This document shows positions 58,243 to 64,000 of a stretch of DNA of 64,000 nt, in pieces. The notes beneath the pieces were generated by a model. The model did not search any database. It was not told the origin of the DNA and worked only from the letters and a program-made list of their open reading frames with translations. Made by a program: the position numbers and the translations under genes. This DNA comes from Phoronis australis. Its lineage: Eukaryota; Animalia; Phoronida. Position 1 is the stretch's first letter. Each line of letters opens with the position of its first letter. The stretch spans positions 10,629 through 74,628 of the forward strand of contig NMRA01000751.1 in assembly GCA_002633005.1 (NCBI GenBank). Direction: 5' to 3'.

Positions 58243-61200
58243 ATCTATGAAAATATGTAATGGTGTACACAGTACTCCTTTCTTTACTTACTTGGTGTAT
58301 ACTAGGGGTATGTTCTAACAGGTCGAAATAAGCTTCCGTGGTTTAGCCCGGGTTAAGCGTAAAATCCTCTGGCGTACGAGATGGCAGCAGCCTAGGCCTA
58401 GTTTGTATGAGAGATCAAGACAGTCAGTAAATGAGTAAACGATATGCTGTGGCATGGTTGTAACTCGACATTAGGAATGTTGTTGTCAAAGGTATTATGC
58501 ATCGACGGTTTCCCATCCCAATGGGCTCTTTGTAACAGAAGCTTTTTGACAAATTACACCTCACCCTGGCTACTTTTTGGAATTTGTTGCTACTTCAAGT
58601 AATAGATGTCTCTGATTGTAGACCAGCATGGCCAAATACATGTAAGACTTGGATACTTCATATTTATTGTTTTATTCACAAACAGCATCATATCAGGCTA
58701 AACCATCAAAGCTATGTCTCCACAAGTATTACACTCACCAAGTTTAGCGCTCATGCTTGACTTGCCACCCCCCAACTTGTTTTCTTATAAGTCTGCAATT
58801 TTGCGAAGGTTGTTCTAGTCAGAACTTTTGCTTCCCTAACGTCCAAAACCTTTGAGTAAGAATCAGTCAGTGGAACCTTGTAGTTGTCTTTCTCCAGTGC
58901 GAAATTACCCAAACTCTCCTGCTCTTTACTGAAGGAGGTGTGAAATGGTTCTTGTGGATCATAGGCTTTCTAACATCTTACTCAACGAGCTGTATCTCAG
59001 TGATGGTACTGGTCTTGCAAAAATGGCACTCACGTGAGCACGTGTTTGCACTGGAAAGTTCACACTGCATAAAAATCTTGGTCTTGCTACCGAAGTACTA
59101 TTGACAGTAAGCTTCTCACTACATGGTTTGTTATCCGCTGATGTCATGGTATTTCCCACGGTAAGCGCATTCCCCCAACTTTTCAAAAAAAATTGTTTCA
59201 GTTGCATTAACGGCAATAAGTTCAGACCGCTGTTTTTGGTCACATGACCGACATATTTCTGCCAAAACTTTGGGGTAGCTAATTAAAGCTGTGTGGATGT
59301 GTGCAATCATGTTTTGGTGGTTATTCCCTAGTGGATATGTAAAGCAGTTTATAAGTGTGTTAGTGGTGTTGTTATTGCCCCAATGCTGTTTGTAGACGAT
59401 TCAAATTGCCTTGTGTTTAGCTGCAGATTAGCTAGCTGTAAGTGACTTCACAGAGTGTGCTTTTCAAACTCTTTTACTGTCACTGCCTCGTTATTGAAGA
59501 CCAGTGAACATGTTAGAAATACGGTAGCTCTGAAGGTCCAATTTGGTAAGTACTGCAGCTTTTGCGTTGCCCACGAAACACCACAACTTTTGGACCTAGT
59601 TAGGTGATTATCATTGCTAAATTGCCCTCCAACAAACTTGTTAGTTATTTAGAACTTTCCCAGGCATTTGAGTAGTTTCATGGTCACCAGAGACAACGTA
59701 CAATCAAATACATTCTTGATTTAAAATATCATGATTGAACATGAAACTGGTGAACAAAACCTGATGGCTAAAGCAATAAAACAGTGTTATGCCTGCAGAT
59801 GTCACTGTAAAGCAAGTTGCTAGCCTTGACTTGTATAATTATTATAGAAATACAAGGTTTCTAGAAACACCAGTTCATTGTGATAATTTATGTGGGAACA
59901 TATATGTTAGGAAATTTCCTTTTCTCCAAGGTGGCATTTATTACAAGACCTAGCACACAAACTCCCCACAGGATGGACATGGACTTGTGAAAACAAACAT
60001 TAATTTTGTAATTCCAAGTAAGTTTGAATTTCCTGTTGTATAGGACACTGATCAATAACATGACCAAATTTCTTTTGATTTGTATGTTCATTTTTCTAAA
60101 TTATCCCTTTGTTTTTTTTTTCGAATTTTTTGCAGTTTTTAATGACATCTCTTTCTAAAGTGAAACAATTCGAAATCAATTCCTAACATTATTTTGGAGA
60201 AGACCTGAGCTGTTTAAATTTCATAGACTGTTATGTAATCCTGATACCTCAGTTGTGAAATATGTATTCTACGCATCTAAAAATCGGAACAGCTTGTATA
60301 TTGCTGACTAGTGTGCATAGCACTCCAATGAACTTGTTTGTTTGTTTGTTGTACTTTGGTCTGAAGGCCATCATGTGTTCGCATAAAGAAGATATTATTT
60401 GGAGAAGACTACAAAACAGCTGCATATCTGAAAGTTGCTGTTGAATTTGATAAGCCTTTTTTAGGTATGATATTCCAGATTTGTGCATTTTTAAGAGTTG
60501 CTCATAGGAAAAAGTAAATAAATTCTGTTACATAAAATCCATGAATTTTGGACCGAAATACTGCCAAATTTTAGCGTTTTTTTATTTTTCGCTGTCTGCT
60601 AATGTTATTAATGCCCTCCATTTAGTATAATACTGTCTCATGGCAATTATTGTATGGGACTTAAAATAATAATTCTTTTGTTTGGTGCTGTTTACAATTG
60701 TAAAAAATTCACTTGTATTCTGACCTAAATTGGTGAGATTTGATGTTCTTACGCAAGTTATTGTCCAAGGACACTGACCACAATGCTCAATGGTCAAATA
60801 GGGCCAAAAGGTCTAAAATGCCCCCTCCCCCTTAAATCTAGGCATGTGGTATTCATATAACTGGTGAGCCAGGGCTATGGTGATTCTTGGAACTGAACAG
60901 TGAAGTTAGCTGTCACCATTGTATGGGTATAATACCTCAACTGCATAAGTAGGGTACTGTTACTCATTTGCTTATGATCTTGTGGTTTCACATTCCTGAA
61001 ATTAATGTTAGTGTATCACTGGTCATAAATATGAGATATCATCTATTATAAGTAGTATATATTATAAATTTAGTGTTGATAACCTTTGTGTGTTCATTTT
61101 TATCACAAAGCTCAGTGTAATTGAAACAGTTTACGAGTACGTGGTTGTAGAACAAGTTAACTATGAGTTGCTTTGATTTTTCGGTGAGTTTTTTTATTAT

Positions 61201-61904
61201 ACAATTGCAAATTGTTGTGTTTGATTGTTTTCAAATATGGTGTAATGATCTGTTGCCGAAGTTACAGAAAGAGGGATGCCACCTGAAATTTTCCCTCTGG
61301 AATACCTGGAATTTGTCATAAGAACGACCCTCTTCCCCGTCATCTTGCTGCCAAAGACAATTGGACGTTGCCATGTTTCCCAGTCTTTAAATGTCTGTAA
61401 TTCTTCTGTGGCTGTCGTGAATTGTAATTTATCAGATTTTCCTGATCTCCTAATCTTTGCAAAACATTCGCAGTCTGGAATTTTCCCTCGTGGAAGTGCC
61501 TGAAATTTACTTTAAGGACGACCTTATTCCCTCCGCTCCATTTTTTAAGTGATCCACTCGCATTAGGAGATGAAACCAAAGATAATACAAATACAAAACA
61601 CCACACTGAACGCCTCTTTTAAGGGTGCAAAAGTTGCACGCCTTACCTAACAGTAAATAAACAGTCTAGACTAACGGTAAACATCAGAGTGAGTAGACTT
61701 AAGCCAGGGATACAATGCCTTGGTAACAACATTTTGATTTTTTAACACGAAAGTGTGAAACAGGTAATACAAATGTCACGCTTAACAATTCCTGGAGGGC
61801 ATAACAGACACACACCTTACCTAGACAGCCCATAGGGCCTGTCCTAAAAGTTAATGGCAAGGCCTGATTTCAGAGCGAGTAGACTTGGGTAACATCAAAG
61901 AAGA

Positions 61905-62030
61905 GGAGGCGGTGTGGCCTGGTTGATAAGTGCCCGCTTTCTTTACTCTAGGTTGTGGGTTCAAGTCCCACCAGGTCACACTGCTAAACCCTTGAGCCAG
62001 GTTTCTAGCTCCTCAGCTCGGTTTTAACCA
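61905..62030 (+). mobile_element. tRNA-derived SINE head
   Basis: GGAGGCGGTGTGGCCTGGTTG (A-box) ... GGTTCAAGTCCC (B-box) ... CCCTTGAGCCAGG. Confidence 0.6.
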
Positions 62031-62589
62031 TATATCAATGAAGCATAAAAATATTTCCAGGTGATCAGTGCAATGGGCCCACATGCGAAGCCTGTGCACG
62101 TCTGACACAACGTGTATCAGACCGCCTGCAATTATTATTTTTTTAACATCAAAGAAAGTGAAAGCGGCTCAGCTTCAGGCAAGAATGTGGCAACAATGCC
62201 AAAACGAATTCCGAGAGCACCTCAAGTTTGGAGCAAACTCTTCACTAATAATTCAAGTCAAAGTGGGCTGATGCCTGACGCCTTCCTCAGTTTTTAGAAT
62301 CCCTGTGTCATTCTAGCCAAAGCCCTTGCTTGGTATGGACACCAGCTGCATGTATTAAATTTCAAACTGTAGGTGGCATTCAGGTGGCTGATGTCACAAA
62401 GCTTGCAAAAACTGTGAATGGAGAGAAACAGCTATGTACCAAATTTTTGAGTAATGGCTCTAATTTTGGACATATTTGTCGCAGGAGAGCGGTATATTGA
62501 ATTGTGAAATTTCCCAATTAAAATAAACACAATGCAATTGTTTCTTTTTTATGTTCACGATTTGCTGTACTGTATAAACACTATCAAAC

Positions 62590-63605
62590 GTGCAATCTGC
62601 GATTCTCGCCATTGGGTTGAGATGGCTTACCTACAATCAAAGAATCTGGCTATTGGGTTTAGACGGCATGGAGTCTAGCCACTGGTCTGAGAAAGCCTGC
62701 CTGCAATCTAAGAACCTGACCATTGGTTTGAGAAGTCTGGCCTGCAATCTAAGTGTTTGGCCATTGGGCCAAGAAAACCAGCGTGCAATCTAGGAGTCTT
62801 GCCATTGGGCTTTGACAGCCGGCCTGCTATCTAGGAGTCGGGCGATTTGGCTGAGAAAGCTGACCTGTGTTTTAGGAGTCCCGTCTACACACAGACTAAC
62901 CCTAGAACAACTTGCACTAGTGCAACTTGCCCCACTTAACAGAGCTCCCACACGCACACATATCCAATAACTAGGGTAAGGCGGAAGTTGTCTCTGTGCA
63001 TAACTATAGACTGCTGATGCGATTACGGGGTGCAAAAGAAGACCCGTCTATATGTAACCCCCGCACATAATTGCTTCCGCCTTGCCTCAGGTTTGCAGCC
63101 ATACAATGATTAGTGGTGCAAATTACCCTACAACAAGTTACCCTACCTCGATAAGGCGGAGTTAGTTGTCACATGTGGGGCAAGATGTACTAGTTAAGTA
63201 GTGTCCAGACAGCTCCCAAATCCAGCGATAACTCGTTCTAGGAGTTACTTGTTCTAGAGTATGTCTATGTGTAGATGGCATGTAAGAGTCTGGCCATTGG
63301 GCGTTGAAAACCAGCCTGCAGTGTAGCAGTCTGGACATTGGGCATAGTCCTGCAATCTAGATGTCTAGCCATTGGACTTAGAAGTGTGGACTGCTATCTA
63401 GGAATCTGGCTATTGGTCTTGGAAAGCCGGTCTGCAATCTAAGAGTTTGGCCATTGGGGTTAGAAATCTGGCCTACAATCTAGGAATGTGGGCATTGGGC
63501 TCAGAAAGCCGGTCTGTAATTTAGCAGTCTTTTCATTGGGCTTAGAAAGCTGGCCTGCAATCTAGCAGTCTGGCCATTGGGTTTAGATGGCCGGCCTGCA
63601 ACATA
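62590..63605 (+). repeat. Degenerate ~41-bp satellite interrupted by a MITE
   Basis: ggcctgcaatctaggagtctggccattgggcttagaaagc variants. Confidence 0.85.
62878..63282. mobile_element. MITE (PIF/Harbinger-like TIR), copy 2, inserted in the satellite
   Basis: ccgtctacacacagactaaccctagaacaacttgcactag ... tgtctatgtgtagatgg; colinear with 31303-31712. Confidence 0.75.
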
Positions 63606-63721
63606 GTAAGGTGAGACCACAAGACCACATGCTTTTGGAATTCTTCAAAAACAATTTTAAAATACTGAATGTTTGTGTAAGTGTTGCATTATTTTTTTTC
63701 CATAGTACAAGTGGTCTGCAC

Positions 63722-64000
63722 GCAGAAATCTTTTCAAACTTCTGTTCATTAGGTCATGTGATGTGGCCAACAGTTGGCATGCAGACCAGACTTAAAATGT
63801 TTGTGATCTATATTTCCACGCCGGTTGAAGATATACTCTCACGAGTTTATGGACAGAATGCCCTCTGCTAAGCTTGATTGGATTCTGTGTTTGACAAGTG
63901 GTCCGGATGGCTCAGCTGCTAGAGCGTCTGCACAGTTAGCAGAAGGTCCTGGGTTCGAGTCCCGGTCGGGGCAGAAATCTTTTTAGACGTATGTTCATTA
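63722..64000 (+). repeat. tRNA-like SINE/tandem repeat (period ~250 bp), with tRNA-like segment 63901-63972
   Basis: GTCCGGATGGCTCAGCTGCTAGAGCGTCTGCACAGTTAGCAGAAGGTCCTGGGTTCGAGTCCCGGTCGGGGC; body gcagaaatctttt at 63722 and 63971. Confidence 0.75.

Noticed and set aside
58738-59250. Coding-like minus-strand stretch ending in a GTGAGT donor
   Set aside because: Multiple stops and no recognisable homology.
63901-63972. Functional tRNA gene (also 29436-29502)
   Set aside because: Non-canonical anticodon loop without U33, acceptor mismatch, and always attached to the same repeat body; SINE-like.

Overview
Eukaryotic (metazoan) genomic DNA, AT-rich, intron- and repeat-rich, from a draft assembly with two N-gaps and several single-n joins. 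Repeat types and protein sequences suggest a marine invertebrate, possibly a deuterostome (inference only). The ORF track is mostly spurious. Two spliced minus-strand genes were reconstructed by hand with GT-AG junctions in consistent phase: the mitochondrial phosphate carrier SLC25A3 (7 coding exons, 350 aa, 49159->37487) and, about 1 kb past its 3' end, a DENND6/FAM116 Rab-GEF gene (16 exons found, 35497->12344, terminal exon not located). A possible first exon of a third, unidentified gene lies on + at 56182. Main points of interest: (1) an H/ACA snoRNA matching vertebrate SNORA53 in the last SLC25A3 intron; (2) a non-autonomous Helentron (HINE/DINE-1-like) family whose internal repeats carry about 20 CTCF-core-like motifs; (3) a ~485-bp foldback element in SLC25A3 intron 2; (4) a tRNA-like repeat forming an intronic hairpin; (5) hAT-like MITEs with 5- and 6-bp target-site duplications (TSDs). 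Satellites, LINE and Penelope fragments are also present.
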